64,000 bases of DNA. Origin: an uncultured Pseudomonadota bacterium. Lineage in GTDB: Bacteria > Vulcanimicrobiota > Vulcanimicrobiia > Eremiobacterales > Eremiobacteraceae. The position numbers and the translations under genes are program-made. Positions 40,737 to 50,144 of this stretch are shown here, in pieces (within the stretch, counting starts at the first letter, position 1; every line of letters starts with the position of its first letter). The stretch lies in the NCBI GenBank assembly GCA_963736005.1, contig CAVTNB010000001.1, positions 1,472,001-1,536,000 on the forward strand, written 5' to 3'. Under the pieces are notes generated by a model that saw only the letters and a list, made by a program, of their open reading frames with translations, made no database searches and was not told the origin of the DNA.

Positions 40737-41192
40737 ATGCCGTTCGAAGCTCGTCTCTTCATTAAGACCGGCATCGTATACATGCTTGTGACATTTCTCT
40801 TCGGTGCTATTTTGCTTGCCGCAGAAGGTCTCGGACATACGGCACCATTCGTAGTTGACGTCGAACATGGTCACGCTGGCTTTGTCGGTTGGCTCGTCAA
40901 CGTCGTTATCGGCGTCGCCTTGTGGATGTTTCCCCTCTCCAAGGAATCATTTCCAACCTCAGCAGGTCGCTACCCACCGCGTGCTGCGCTCGTGTGCTGG
41001 GGATGCCTTAACGTTGGGCTTCTGATCCGTCTCTTCGTCGAACCATGGTATCAGCTTGGTGGCCATTCAGTCGTAGCCGGTGCAGCTCTGGTCGTGTCCG
41101 CAGTGCTGCAGTTGTCGGCAGTCGCGATCTTCGCTTTCATCGTGTGGCATCGCATCCGTCCTCCTTCGCGCCCCGCGCCGGGCGTGGGATGA
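40737..41192 (+). CDS. Four-TM membrane protein with HxHxxxxGW motif
   Basis: HGHAGFVGW, GVALWMFP. Confidence 0.7.
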   Translation: MPFEARLFIKTGIVYMLVTFLFGAILLAAEGLGHTAPFVVDVEHGHAGFVGWLVNVVIGVALWMFPLSKESFPTSAGRYPPRAALVCWGCLNVGLLIRLFVEPWYQLGGHSVVAGAALVVSAVLQLSAVAIFAFIVWHRIRPPSRPAPGVG

Positions 41193-42415
41193 GGGTAGAC
41201 CCGCATCGGTCTCCTCCTTGGATTCCACCATTTGGGCTTGTGGCTGGCCACGTCGCTCACGGTGTTTCGTGGATCGTGCTGTGGGCGACTGGCCTTGATG
41301 GTCTTGGTGACAGAACCCGGGGCCTCGCGTGGGTGCACTTGGTTGGGCTCGCGTGGATCACCGTCGTGGCGCTCTCCATCCTCATCCACGTCATTCCTGA
41401 GTTCTGTAATGTCCAATGGCGCGGTGAGCGTTACGCGCGTGCATCCATCGTTGCGCTGGCAATTGGGGCATATGCCTTAGCCACTAGTTTTTGGCTCGAC
41501 GCGCCGAGGTTGATAATGTGGAGTGCGGTTCTTGTTAGCGCCGCCCTCGCGGTTTATCTCGGCGCAGCACTCACAACCCTCTCGACTGTCGGCACCGACC
41601 GCATTGCGAGGGCCGTTGCGCGAGCACTGGGAGTCGTGCTCGCGATGCTTGCGGCCACGGCAGCGATCGGACTTGCTATGGGTACTGCACTCGCGGGCGG
41701 CCCAGGCACAGCCATTCTCAGTGTCGCGCCAGCGATTCACGCGCATCTCGGCGCTGTTGGCTGGCTCTCAATCCTCATCATGGGTGTCTCAATGCGCACT
41801 CTCGGCCCCATTGCAGGTAGCCGTCCGGCCAGCGCGGTCGCACACAGAATAACGGGAAGTTTAAGCATCGTAGGCATTTTGTTGCTGATCGCCGGGCTCA
41901 TCGCAAGAATATCTGCGCTCTCATGGCTCGGCGCCATCGCGCTCGCTGTCGCGTTCATCGTCTACCTTGTCGAACTAGGCGGCGTTCTGCTTTCAGCGAG
42001 TGTCGGACATCGTCCGCCACAAGCATTCATCGCGGCTGCAGGCGTCTGGCTTTTACTCACCATAATGCTTGGTTTTGGCACTCTCGCGGGATTCAAGTGG
42101 CAGGCCGCCTATGTCTTCGTTGGCCTTATGGGATGGATAGGCCAAATGGTACTCGGACATCTGCACCACATCGGGATACGGCTGCTCGCTACGACAGCAC
42201 GCGGTGAGGATGACGAGACCGAACCCGGAGAACTACTCTGGCTGCCGCTCACCTGGCTGACGTTCGTAATGTTTCAACTCGCGATTGTGTGCGGCGTTGC
42301 AGGCTTGCTGGCAAACAACAACGCTGGTGTTGCTGTCGCTGGCGGAACCGGCCTCGTAGCATGGTTGGTGATGACCTTCAACGTCGGTGGGGCATGGCGG
42401 CGTGCGGCTGCCTAG
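41189..42415 (+). CDS. NnrS-like polytopic membrane protein
   Basis: Repeated H.H...GW motifs (VHLVGLAW, HAHLGAVGW); ATGA coupling. Confidence 0.6.
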   Translation: MRVDPHRSPPWIPPFGLVAGHVAHGVSWIVLWATGLDGLGDRTRGLAWVHLVGLAWITVVALSILIHVIPEFCNVQWRGERYARASIVALAIGAYALATSFWLDAPRLIMWSAVLVSAALAVYLGAALTTLSTVGTDRIARAVARALGVVLAMLAATAAIGLAMGTALAGGPGTAILSVAPAIHAHLGAVGWLSILIMGVSMRTLGPIAGSRPASAVAHRITGSLSIVGILLLIAGLIARISALSWLGAIALAVAFIVYLVELGGVLLSASVGHRPPQAFIAAAGVWLLLTIMLGFGTLAGFKWQAAYVFVGLMGWIGQMVLGHLHHIGIRLLATTARGEDDETEPGELLWLPLTWLTFVMFQLAIVCGVAGLLANNNAGVAVAGGTGLVAWLVMTFNVGGAWRRAAA

Positions 42416-42813
42416 TCTTTCGATTAAAATTGGAGTCCTGATAAGAAACCTGCGCGCCAATTGGGCCGACCGTGGCCGCATGGAAACGAAAATATCTAGC
42501 ACGCCGAAAATCGGCGCAAAGTCTTACCAAACATGGGGCGGTGAAGACATCGAGTTTTCGCCGCCCTTCGCATCTCTGCGCCGATCTGCGCCCCATAAGT
42601 GGTCAAATAAGTGGTCAAATTGCTGATGTCCAAGATCGCGATCGCATCGGGAGCGGCGGTGAAACGTTTTGGGCTGACCTGTCTGCTGGCCTATTGCAAT
42701 CGAGTCACTCGTGCCCGGCTGCGACTCGCCAGCTGAGCGGAACCGCGACAGATGATGACAAAGGGCGCCTCGGCGTCAGGTCCCCACCTAAACCGACATC
42801 GGAGGGCGAATTG

Positions 42814-43374
42814 ATGAATCAAGAGACGTTAAGCACTGTAGCGGCTGTCGGAACGTTCATCGTCATCGCGGCAACGGCGATCGCCGCAATCGTGCAGCTG
42901 CGTCACCTGCGCACAAGCAATCAACTCACCGGTCTGCTCAACATCCTCGGCCGGTCGGAAGATCCACAGTTTTCGGAGTGGCGCGAAGCCACGCGCAAGA
43001 TCGCGATGCACGACATAACGGATGCTGCGTATCGCAAGGGCATTGAGGAGCACACCTTCGATCGTCGAACTGCTCCGTGGCTGCATCTCTACAACTGGTA
43101 CGATTACATCGGAAGTCTGGTGAAACAGCAGCTCGTCCCCGAACAATCGGTGCTGGACGTATTCAGTTTCGTGATGACGCAAGACTGGGAACGGGGCCAG
43201 GACATCATCGCCGTGGCGCGGCGCACCGTAGGGCCAGCGGTGTGGGAGAACTTTGAGTATCTCGTGGCCCGGTCGCACATCTGGCACAAAGCGCACTCAA
43301 AGGGCGCATATCCGCGCAACGCGCCGCGGATTCCGGTGGAAGACCGCTGGCTCGCTGTCGACCACCCTGCTTGA
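42814..43374 (+). CDS. DUF4760-like protein
   Basis: GGAGG RBS; N-terminal TM helix, IGSLVK, WENFEYLV. Confidence 0.65.
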   Translation: MNQETLSTVAAVGTFIVIAATAIAAIVQLRHLRTSNQLTGLLNILGRSEDPQFSEWREATRKIAMHDITDAAYRKGIEEHTFDRRTAPWLHLYNWYDYIGSLVKQQLVPEQSVLDVFSFVMTQDWERGQDIIAVARRTVGPAVWENFEYLVARSHIWHKAHSKGAYPRNAPRIPVEDRWLAVDHPA

Positions 43375-43595
43375 GCATCGGAAGCACTGTCCTCTCGGCT
43401 CTTACAAAGTTGCTGCCGAGCTTATCCCCGCGGGTTTCCGATCGTTTACGCGACCGCCGAAAGCCGATTTGAGAAAACCACTTCAGAAGACATATTCCAA
43501 GTACCGCTCCGTTGAATTTCCTTCGTTGCGAAAGCAATTGGATGTCAACCTTGACGCTCGGATTCGGTCGCGAGAGCCGTTAAATACGGCCTGTT

Positions 43596-43668
43596 TGGGC
43601 GAAACAGGGCTCGAACCTGTGACCCCCTCCTTGTAAGGGAGGTGCTCTACCAGCTGAGCTATTCGCCC
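43596..43668 (-). tRNA. tRNA-Val(TAC)
   Basis: GGGCGAATAGCTCAGCTGGTAGAGCACCTCCCTTACAAGGAGGGGGTCACAGGTTCGAGCCCTGTTTCGCCCA; CCA not encoded. Confidence 0.97.
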
Positions 43669-43732
43669 ACGCGAGGCCGTGGAACCAAAGACCCCTCCGA
43701 AAGAAATCGTGCTATGGCCTAATCGTCACCCG

Positions 43733-44323
43733 TTAAGCTGTGCGCGCAGGATCATGCTCGGGCAATACGTCTGCCACAAACTCCTGCTTTTTCCAATCTG
43801 GTATCGGGGTGGTTACCTGTGCCTTTGGCACGAATTTCGATCTCTCGATCAATTTTAGTCGGTGTAGGCAGCGTGGACAGTTGGCGAAGACTTCTCGGAC
43901 GTTGACGCGTACGATGAATTGGGCCTCGGGAAAGCTTGCAATGAGCGCATCTTCCTCAGCGATCGTCGCCTCTCCGTTAAGCCGCAGGCGTTTTGGATGT
44001 TCCCAATCGATGAACAGCATGCCCACCTGGCGGGTCTGGCGCACATTTCCCATGGAAACGTACATTCCGTTCCCATCGTAATTCGGAAATGCAAGAGTCC
44101 GCTCGTCGACAACTCGTACGAATCCCGGGTCACCACCCTTGTACGAGCAACTAGGAAAACCGCGCCCATCAACGGTGGCGAGAAAAAACATGTCGCGAGA
44201 TTCGATGAACTGCTTGTCTTCCTCGTCGATCGTTGAGGTGACGAGTCGCTCTTCTAAACGATCGGCGAGACGTCGGGTGTCAAAGCGGTCTTGAAGATAC
44301 CGCTGGTGCTCATGATAAAACAT
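43733..44323 (-). CDS. Pyridoxamine 5'-phosphate oxidase family FMN-binding protein
   Basis: CSYKGG.PGFV, YDGNGM, NCPR. Confidence 0.88.
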   Translation of the reverse strand: MFYHEHQRYLQDRFDTRRLADRLEERLVTSTIDEEDKQFIESRDMFFLATVDGRGFPSCSYKGGDPGFVRVVDERTLAFPNYDGNGMYVSMGNVRQTRQVGMLFIDWEHPKRLRLNGEATIAEEDALIASFPEAQFIVRVNVREVFANCPRCLHRLKLIERSKFVPKAQVTTPIPDWKKQEFVADVLPEHDPARTA

Positions 44324-44369
44324 CTGGCCAGCCCCCTAGATAAATGTTCAATTCCCGTAGTGTCTTGAT

Positions 44370-45806
44370 TCAGCCGTGGAGCCACTGGACAAAGCGGCGA
44401 TCGTGACGCAGCAGATCCAAGCGTGGATCCAGCGCAAAGAGCGCGCGATCCGAAAGCGGCATGCGACCTAGCCACGCGAAGGCTTCGTTCGGCCGGCCAT
44501 TTGCTGAGTACGCTAGGGCGACAAGCAAAGGATAATCTCGATCCTTTTCGGCGAGCTGCTCGACCGCGTGTAACGCTCGACCGGCGCGCTCCCGTTGCCC
44601 TGTCGTTGCGTACACATACGCCAGGGTACCGCTTGCTACAAGCGCATTGGATGGGTCAGCCGCCAGACGCTGGACGTCTTGTATCGCCGACGGGTATTGC
44701 CTTACTTCTTCGTGCGCGGCTGCAAGCAACAACGGAGCAGCCTCGGAAGCAAAGAAATCATCCTTGTCGAGTTTGGCATAAGCAATCGCGTTTTCGTAAT
44801 CGCGGCTCATATAGTAGTCCAGTGCAAGCAGATAATCGATGCTTGGCAAGGTGACGTCGAGATTGGAAGCCCGCTGGAGTTCGGCGCGCGCGAGGCCGAG
44901 GTCACCCTGCCACAAGAGGATCGCGCCGTACCAGAGATGCGCGACGGCTAGGTCCGGTTCGATTCCAACCGCCTGCTTGAGGTCGCCGGCCGCCGCACGG
45001 TTGTTCCCATCGAGGTCGAACTCAACGAAGCCCTTGGCAGCGTGAGCGATCGCGGACGTGTGGTCGAGTGAGACGGCACGCTGGGAAAGCTTCTCAGCAG
45101 CTAAGCTGGCCACAAGACCTGAGGGGCTGCCTTCCCAGATGTCCGCAAGCTTAGCATATGCTATCGCCTCACCCGCGTAGCCGACCGGACTTTGCGGGGC
45201 GGCATTCACGACCAGTCGAAAATCGTGGACGCTCTGCTTCAAATCCGCCTCGGTCGTTCCTCGCCAATAGTACCAACCGAGCGCGTCGGCGTTTTCTGCT
45301 GCCGGTGTTAAAGAGGCGGGAGGTACAAGCGCATGTTTGTCGGCCGTGTCGAACCGAATCACGATGGCCAACAAGACGCCGGCGGCCAGCGCGGCGGCGA
45401 TGAGTATAGGAGCAGACATCCGCTTACCGACCCGAGTCGCTCCGAGGTCGCGCTTTGTCACCGGGTGTGTGAAGCGGTAGCCGCGTTTTGGCAGTGTCTC
45501 GATAAACGTTTCGTTCGACGTCATTTCGAATTGACGGCGCAGCATGTAGATGTTTTGAGAAAGATTGGCTTCTTCGACGACTGGCCCGTCCCACACTGAT
45601 TCGAGTAACTCGTCCTTTGATACGAAGCGACCGGCATTGTCGAGCAGCACAAGCAGGGTCTTAACGACCTTCGGGGCTAGCGGCAAGACGGCGTCGCGAT
45701 ATTTCAGCGTCAACTCGTCCCTGCAGACGCGATAGGCGCCAAATTGGTACTCGAAGCCACGCAGCGGCGTTACTTTCGGCGCGTTCTTGATCACTTCTTG
45801 AGACAT
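44370..45806 (-). CDS. Membrane-anchored winged-helix (CadC/OmpR-type) plus TPR regulator
   Basis: VSKDELLESVW...VEEANLSQNIYMLRR...IETLPKRGYRF, TM helix, TPRs, DPRLD.LR.D.RF. Confidence 0.85.
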   Translation of the reverse strand: MSQEVIKNAPKVTPLRGFEYQFGAYRVCRDELTLKYRDAVLPLAPKVVKTLLVLLDNAGRFVSKDELLESVWDGPVVEEANLSQNIYMLRRQFEMTSNETFIETLPKRGYRFTHPVTKRDLGATRVGKRMSAPILIAAALAAGVLLAIVIRFDTADKHALVPPASLTPAAENADALGWYYWRGTTEADLKQSVHDFRLVVNAAPQSPVGYAGEAIAYAKLADIWEGSPSGLVASLAAEKLSQRAVSLDHTSAIAHAAKGFVEFDLDGNNRAAAGDLKQAVGIEPDLAVAHLWYGAILLWQGDLGLARAELQRASNLDVTLPSIDYLLALDYYMSRDYENAIAYAKLDKDDFFASEAAPLLLAAAHEEVRQYPSAIQDVQRLAADPSNALVASGTLAYVYATTGQRERAGRALHAVEQLAEKDRDYPLLVALAYSANGRPNEAFAWLGRMPLSDRALFALDPRLDLLRHDRRFVQWLHG

Positions 45807-45858
45807 TGTTGAACAAAGCTTTGAGACGTTTCTGAAGCTCACCTGGTAAGGTGGCTCA

Positions 45859-46563
45859 ATGATAACTCGCTCGTGGAGTCTATACACGCGTTTCGCGCTT
45901 GCAACAGTTGTCTTGTGGCTCGCAGCCTGCGGTGGGGGCGGAGGAGGCGGAGGAGGCTCAATGACGGGACCGACGCCGCCCCCGGGGCCATCGCCGAGCC
46001 CGCAGCCGTACTTGCCGCTCGCAGTTGGCAATACGTGGACGTATGCTTGCTACCTCGGCACGCCGACGCCTGGCGCTTCGACTTTTCCAAAGACGAATCA
46101 GGTTATCGGTTCGACGACAATCGGTAGCACGTTGACGTACGAATATGCCGAGCAGATTCCAAGCTCCCCAACGCTCGGCACGACACAAATTCAACTTTTG
46201 GCCAACGACGCAAATGACAATACGGTCCTCTATGGCTATATGGCGAACCCGACTGCGCCGCCGACCGTAGTGACGCCCACCATCATCGTCGCAGCGAGTC
46301 CGGGTCCGAGCAATGCCCCCTTCGATTATCCGGCGGAAGGCGGTGGAACGGTGAGCCGCGTTTTCTGCTGCAATGGGCCGACGAATGAAACAACCTTTGG
46401 AGTCTTTACCGTCGCCGAGTATTATGACGGTTCGCATACGGTGAGATCGGCAACGGACGGCTACGGCTACGCGAGGGGCAAGGGAGTTATGGAGGAAGAC
46501 CACAACTTCAACAATCCCGCGACCAGGATTGATTGCGTTATTACGGCGACACCCCCGCCATAA
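45859..46563 (+). CDS. Lipoprotein of unknown function
   Basis: Lipobox LAAC, Gly/Pro linker, YLPLAVGNTWTY, YARGKG. Confidence 0.75.
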   Translation: MITRSWSLYTRFALATVVLWLAACGGGGGGGGGSMTGPTPPPGPSPSPQPYLPLAVGNTWTYACYLGTPTPGASTFPKTNQVIGSTTIGSTLTYEYAEQIPSSPTLGTTQIQLLANDANDNTVLYGYMANPTAPPTVVTPTIIVAASPGPSNAPFDYPAEGGGTVSRVFCCNGPTNETTFGVFTVAEYYDGSHTVRSATDGYGYARGKGVMEEDHNFNNPATRIDCVITATPPP

Positions 46564-46584
46564 AAGCGTAAGAGTTATTTTCTA

Positions 46585-46631
46585 TATTGACATTGTTCGA
46601 TATAGTATGCTAGTATCGACGAATGTCAATA
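46585..46631 (+). promoter_or_regulatory. ArsR operator/promoter
   Basis: Inverted repeat TATTGACATTGTTCGATA...TATCGACGAATGTCAATA; -35 TTGACA; TGcTAGTAT; ATG 6 nt downstream. Confidence 0.75.
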
Positions 46632-46961
46632 CAAAGATGTTGCCCTCCTGCTAAGGTCGACAAGGTCGAGCGTGCTGACGAAGCTACTCTCTTCAAGGCC
46701 CTGGGTGACCCTTATCGCCTCCGCATTCTTGCCACTCTCAGCCGATCAAAGCACGAAGTCTGCGTCTGCGATTTTACTGATGCGTTCCCACTGAATCAAC
46801 CCGCCGTATCTCATCATCTCGGGGTCTTGCGGGATGCAGGCCTCGTCACAAGCGAACGCCGCGGAACTTGGGTCTATTACCGCTTAGCAGATACTCTAGA
46901 CGAACGGATTGCATCCGCTCTTGCTAGTATCTTTCCTCAACGGAAAAGGATAGCGGCATGA
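46623..46961 (+). CDS. arsR: ArsR/SmtB repressor
   Basis: FKALGDP.RL, EVCVCD, VSHHL..LRDAGLV..ERRG.WVYY. Confidence 0.92.
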   Translation: MSIQRCCPPAKVDKVERADEATLFKALGDPYRLRILATLSRSKHEVCVCDFTDAFPLNQPAVSHHLGVLRDAGLVTSERRGTWVYYRLADTLDERIASALASIFPQRKRIAA

Positions 46962-47389
46962 GGACTCATTTGAACCTCGCTACGCGTGATCTCGAGGCAA
47001 GTGTAGCGTTCTACCGTACGTTACTGAATTCGGAACCTGCTAAGCATTATGCGGACTACGCCCTGTTCTTGACTGAGAATCCAGGCCTCGAGCTAGCGCT
47101 GTCGTTCGATCCTCATGCAAAGGGCTCGGAGGACGTTCATTACGGAATCGCCGTAGACACTCCCGACCTCGTGGACGGCGCAATCGAGCGCTTGAAGGGT
47201 GCGGGCCTTCCAATGGATATTGAAACCGCACAAACGTGCTGTTACGCCAACCATAACAAGGTCTGGGCAACTGACCCAGATGGTCGCAGATGGGAAACGT
47301 ATTACGTCATCGCCGAGACTGAACCACGCAATAACGAGAACGTGACCTGTTGTCAGAATCCACAGGGAGAAGTTGCCTCGTGCTGTTAG
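46958..47389 (+). CDS. arsI: ArsI/CadI glyoxalase-fold protein (putative C-As lyase)
   Basis: TCCYA...KVWATDPDG..WE; C-terminal CC pairs. Confidence 0.8.
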   Translation: MRTHLNLATRDLEASVAFYRTLLNSEPAKHYADYALFLTENPGLELALSFDPHAKGSEDVHYGIAVDTPDLVDGAIERLKGAGLPMDIETAQTCCYANHNKVWATDPDGRRWETYYVIAETEPRNNENVTCCQNPQGEVASCC

Positions 47390-47414
47390 CTTGCACGTCT
47401 GAGTTAGTGACAAT

Positions 47415-48047
47415 GTGAACTCTGACGACAGTCTTGTGAACCTTGCTCTAAGCGGCGCTTCAAATCTGCAGGCCGAGTTCAAGGGCATCTTTTCAGAGGA
47501 AACCGTTCGGCGTGTCCTCGAGGATAGCATAGATTCACTTAGAGGTTCCCAGGTAACCGATTACCTGCCGATATTCGCCTACCGATTTGCTAGGGAGCGT
47601 CTGATCGCGGCGGCTCAAGTGGCCGGGAGTCTAGCAAAGAGTATGCCTGAAGTGCTCTTTGTTTGCGTTCATAACGCAGGCCGCAGTCAAATAGCGGCCG
47701 CGCTGCTTGACGCCAGAAGCGAAGGGAAGATTCATGTGCGGTCGGCTGGGAGTGCACCATCCAGCACAATCAATAACGTCGTCATCGAAGCTCTGGCCGA
47801 AATAGGACTCGATCTGAGCAAAGAGTTTCCCAAGCCGATGACAGATGACGTTGTGCGCGCGGCTGATGTGGTGATTACAATGGGCTGTGGCGATGCGTGC
47901 CCGATTTATCCGGGAAAACGATACGAGGACTGGGATGTGGCTGACCCTGCGGGTAAGGATTTGGTAGCGGTGCGCATTATTCGGGATGACATTGCCGAGC
48001 GGGTTGATCGATTGATAGCTGACTTATCCGCTAAGCAACCGTCATAA
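47415..48047 (+). CDS. arsC: Arsenate reductase (LMW-PTP fold) with N-terminal extension
   Basis: CVHNAGRSQ, TMGCGDACP, W..ADP. Confidence 0.92.
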   Translation: MNSDDSLVNLALSGASNLQAEFKGIFSEETVRRVLEDSIDSLRGSQVTDYLPIFAYRFARERLIAAAQVAGSLAKSMPEVLFVCVHNAGRSQIAAALLDARSEGKIHVRSAGSAPSSTINNVVIEALAEIGLDLSKEFPKPMTDDVVRAADVVITMGCGDACPIYPGKRYEDWDVADPAGKDLVAVRIIRDDIAERVDRLIADLSAKQPS

Positions 48048-48695
48048 ATGCACTTTCGTCAGGCTTTGATTGCCGAGTCCATCGGTACGTTCTTCCTTGT
48101 GTTCGCGGGGACCGGCGCGATTATTGTTGATGCCATGACGCACGCTCTCACCCATGTTGGAGTGAGTCTTACGTTTGGACTCGTCGTGGCAGCACTGGTC
48201 TATGCTCTGGCACATATCTCTGGAGCCCACTTCAATCCGGCTGTGACAATCGGGTTTTGGACGGCCGGTGAGTTTCCTGGCGTTCGTGTTCCCGGGTATG
48301 TCATGGCGCAGATTGTGGGTGCTATAGCTGCAAGCTCCGTGTTGCGAATAATGTTCGGTCACATTGCTTTTCTCGGTGCCACGTTGCCGAACGGATCAGT
48401 GAGCACGTCATTTTGGTTGGAACTGTTGATGACGTTCTTGCTCGTGTTTGTGATCCTGGGTTCGGCCGTGCATGGTCGTGCAACAAAAAATTTTGCCGGC
48501 ATTGCTATTGGAAGCACGATCGCGCTTGACGCATTATTTGGTGGTCCGATCTCGGGAGCGTCGATGAACCCAGCGCGTTCTTTGGGACCAGCACTCGTGG
48601 CCGGAGTGTGGCAGAGTCAGTGGGTATACTTGGTCGCACCGATTGCCGGGGCATTGATTGCTGTCATCAGCTACAAGCTGATCTCTGACCGATAG
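48048..48695 (+). CDS. MIP/aquaporin channel (AqpS-like arsenite channel)
   Basis: SGAHFNPAVT and MNPARS. Confidence 0.93.
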   Translation: MHFRQALIAESIGTFFLVFAGTGAIIVDAMTHALTHVGVSLTFGLVVAALVYALAHISGAHFNPAVTIGFWTAGEFPGVRVPGYVMAQIVGAIAASSVLRIMFGHIAFLGATLPNGSVSTSFWLELLMTFLLVFVILGSAVHGRATKNFAGIAIGSTIALDALFGGPISGASMNPARSLGPALVAGVWQSQWVYLVAPIAGALIAVISYKLISDR

Positions 48696-48762
48696 GCTTG
48701 ACGTTTTCGCGGAGGGAAGCTGGATGCAGAAAGCAGCCGTTACAGAATGAAACAATTGTGCT

Positions 48763-49479
48763 TCAACGGGCTTTCTCTTGCCACTTCGGAACGTTCACGC
48801 CCTTCACGATGAGCCACAAGCACAATGACGTTTCCCCGATAAAAGCAAGCACCAGAATAGGGAAGATCGCATCCGCGAGGGCGGGAGCAAGGAACAACAC
48901 AAAACTATTGATTAGATAACTCAGAGCGGCAAGGATCACCAGCACGCCAATCGTCTTGGGGAAATAGCCCGATTTAAAAATCAAATATCCATAAAGAAAA
49001 AGGCAACAGCCGAAAAATACGAGGCAGACGCCAAACCCGTAATCGTACAACTTGAGAGAAAGATACGCGAGCGTGTGTAGCTGATTTGGTTCAAATACTT
49101 TTAGGTAGCTTGCGTCCCCCAAGAGAAACAATGCTGCGAACAGACATACCGTACTAACGCTCTCAACAGCGATGCTCACCAAGTTAAAAAACGTCGCAAG
49201 CAAGGCAAGACTGTTGCTTACTGGTCTGAGCAATACGTACAAGATCAGCGTTACAGCGATAGCACACACAAGCCAGGTAAGTTCGCCTGCGGCACTGCCG
49301 CGCCACAGCGACTCAGAAGCTATGATGTGATTGGCAGTTGCCGCCGGATCTCCTGAAACAATGAGCTTACCTCGAACAAAAATTTCGGCAAGAGTACCGA
49401 CGACTATGATGTACAGATAAAGCCAACCGCCGACTCGTGCATAAACTTGCGGCGATTCTTCAATGGTATGGTCTGTCAT
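48763..49479 (-). CDS. DUF4386 membrane protein
   Basis: ARVGG.LYL, D..ATA..I, S..FPK.IG, GE....LWLIVKG. Confidence 0.8.
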   Translation of the reverse strand: MTDHTIEESPQVYARVGGWLYLYIIVVGTLAEIFVRGKLIVSGDPAATANHIIASESLWRGSAAGELTWLVCAIAVTLILYVLLRPVSNSLALLATFFNLVSIAVESVSTVCLFAALFLLGDASYLKVFEPNQLHTLAYLSLKLYDYGFGVCLVFFGCCLFLYGYLIFKSGYFPKTIGVLVILAALSYLINSFVLFLAPALADAIFPILVLAFIGETSLCLWLIVKGVNVPKWQEKAR

Positions 49480-49654
49480 TTTGGGTGCTCTTCAATCGGA
49501 CATGGCAACACGAAACGGATGACCGCGTTTATCATCCAGCGCCGCCTACCCTGTGGCGTCAAAAGCCTACCCTCTCGGCAACGTCATCGCAGGAGTGCAC
49601 GCGGACGAGCGCAGCGTAAGTATCGCCTTGTGAATTTGTGCTCTTGGAAGTCCT

Positions 49655-49744
49655 CTAGTGAATAAAACGCAACACGATCAGTGCGATGGCTATTGTTGAA
49701 CCCACAAGAACGATGAGCATTATTGTTCTAGGGTGAACAAGCAC
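49655..49744 (-). CDS. Possible 29-aa hydrophobic small protein
   Basis: GTG...TAG: MLVHPRTIMLIVLVGSTIAIALIVLRFIH, one TM helix; weak RBS. Confidence 0.35.
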   Translation of the reverse strand: MLVHPRTIMLIVLVGSTIAIALIVLRFIH

Positions 49745-49815
49745 ATAAGGCAGCTCTATGTCTGGCGGTATTTCTCGAAGGCGTTTAGCGATGGGTCGCG
49801 GTTTCCTGTTGTTGG

Positions 49816-50040
49816 CTAACTTTGAATCTCGCGCTGGAGCACGAGCATAAGCCTAGCAGCTGGTAGGCGCGGATCAGGCGTCATTCCACGTACTTGCCAT
49901 CCCTGCATTCCCAAGTGAAGTAGCTCTTGAAGGTCGTCTTGGTTGGAGCCGCTGCCAGATTGAGCGTCGGCATGGTTTGCCAGCACCGAGACGAATTGAA
50001 TTTCATAGCTCGTTCTCGCTGACTGAGTGATTGTTTGCAT
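49816..50040 (-). CDS. Small hypothetical protein (DUF4177-like)
   Basis: GAGGTGA RBS; LG.QGWQV, LQRE. Confidence 0.6.
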   Translation of the reverse strand: MQTITQSARTSYEIQFVSVLANHADAQSGSGSNQDDLQELLHLGMQGWQVRGMTPDPRLPAARLMLVLQREIQS

Positions 50041-50144
50041 CGTACGGTCACCTCTCTTCGATTAGCTTACCCTTCTAGCGACCGAAAGTAAACGTCCATA
50101 CCAGTCCCAGGCTAATCTAAGGAAAGGCGGCTAAACTTCCAGCT

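Noticed and set aside
44370..46031. 553-aa version of the regulator with a poly-Pro N-terminus
   Set aside because: The poly-Pro is the antisense of the poly-Gly in the divergent lipoprotein
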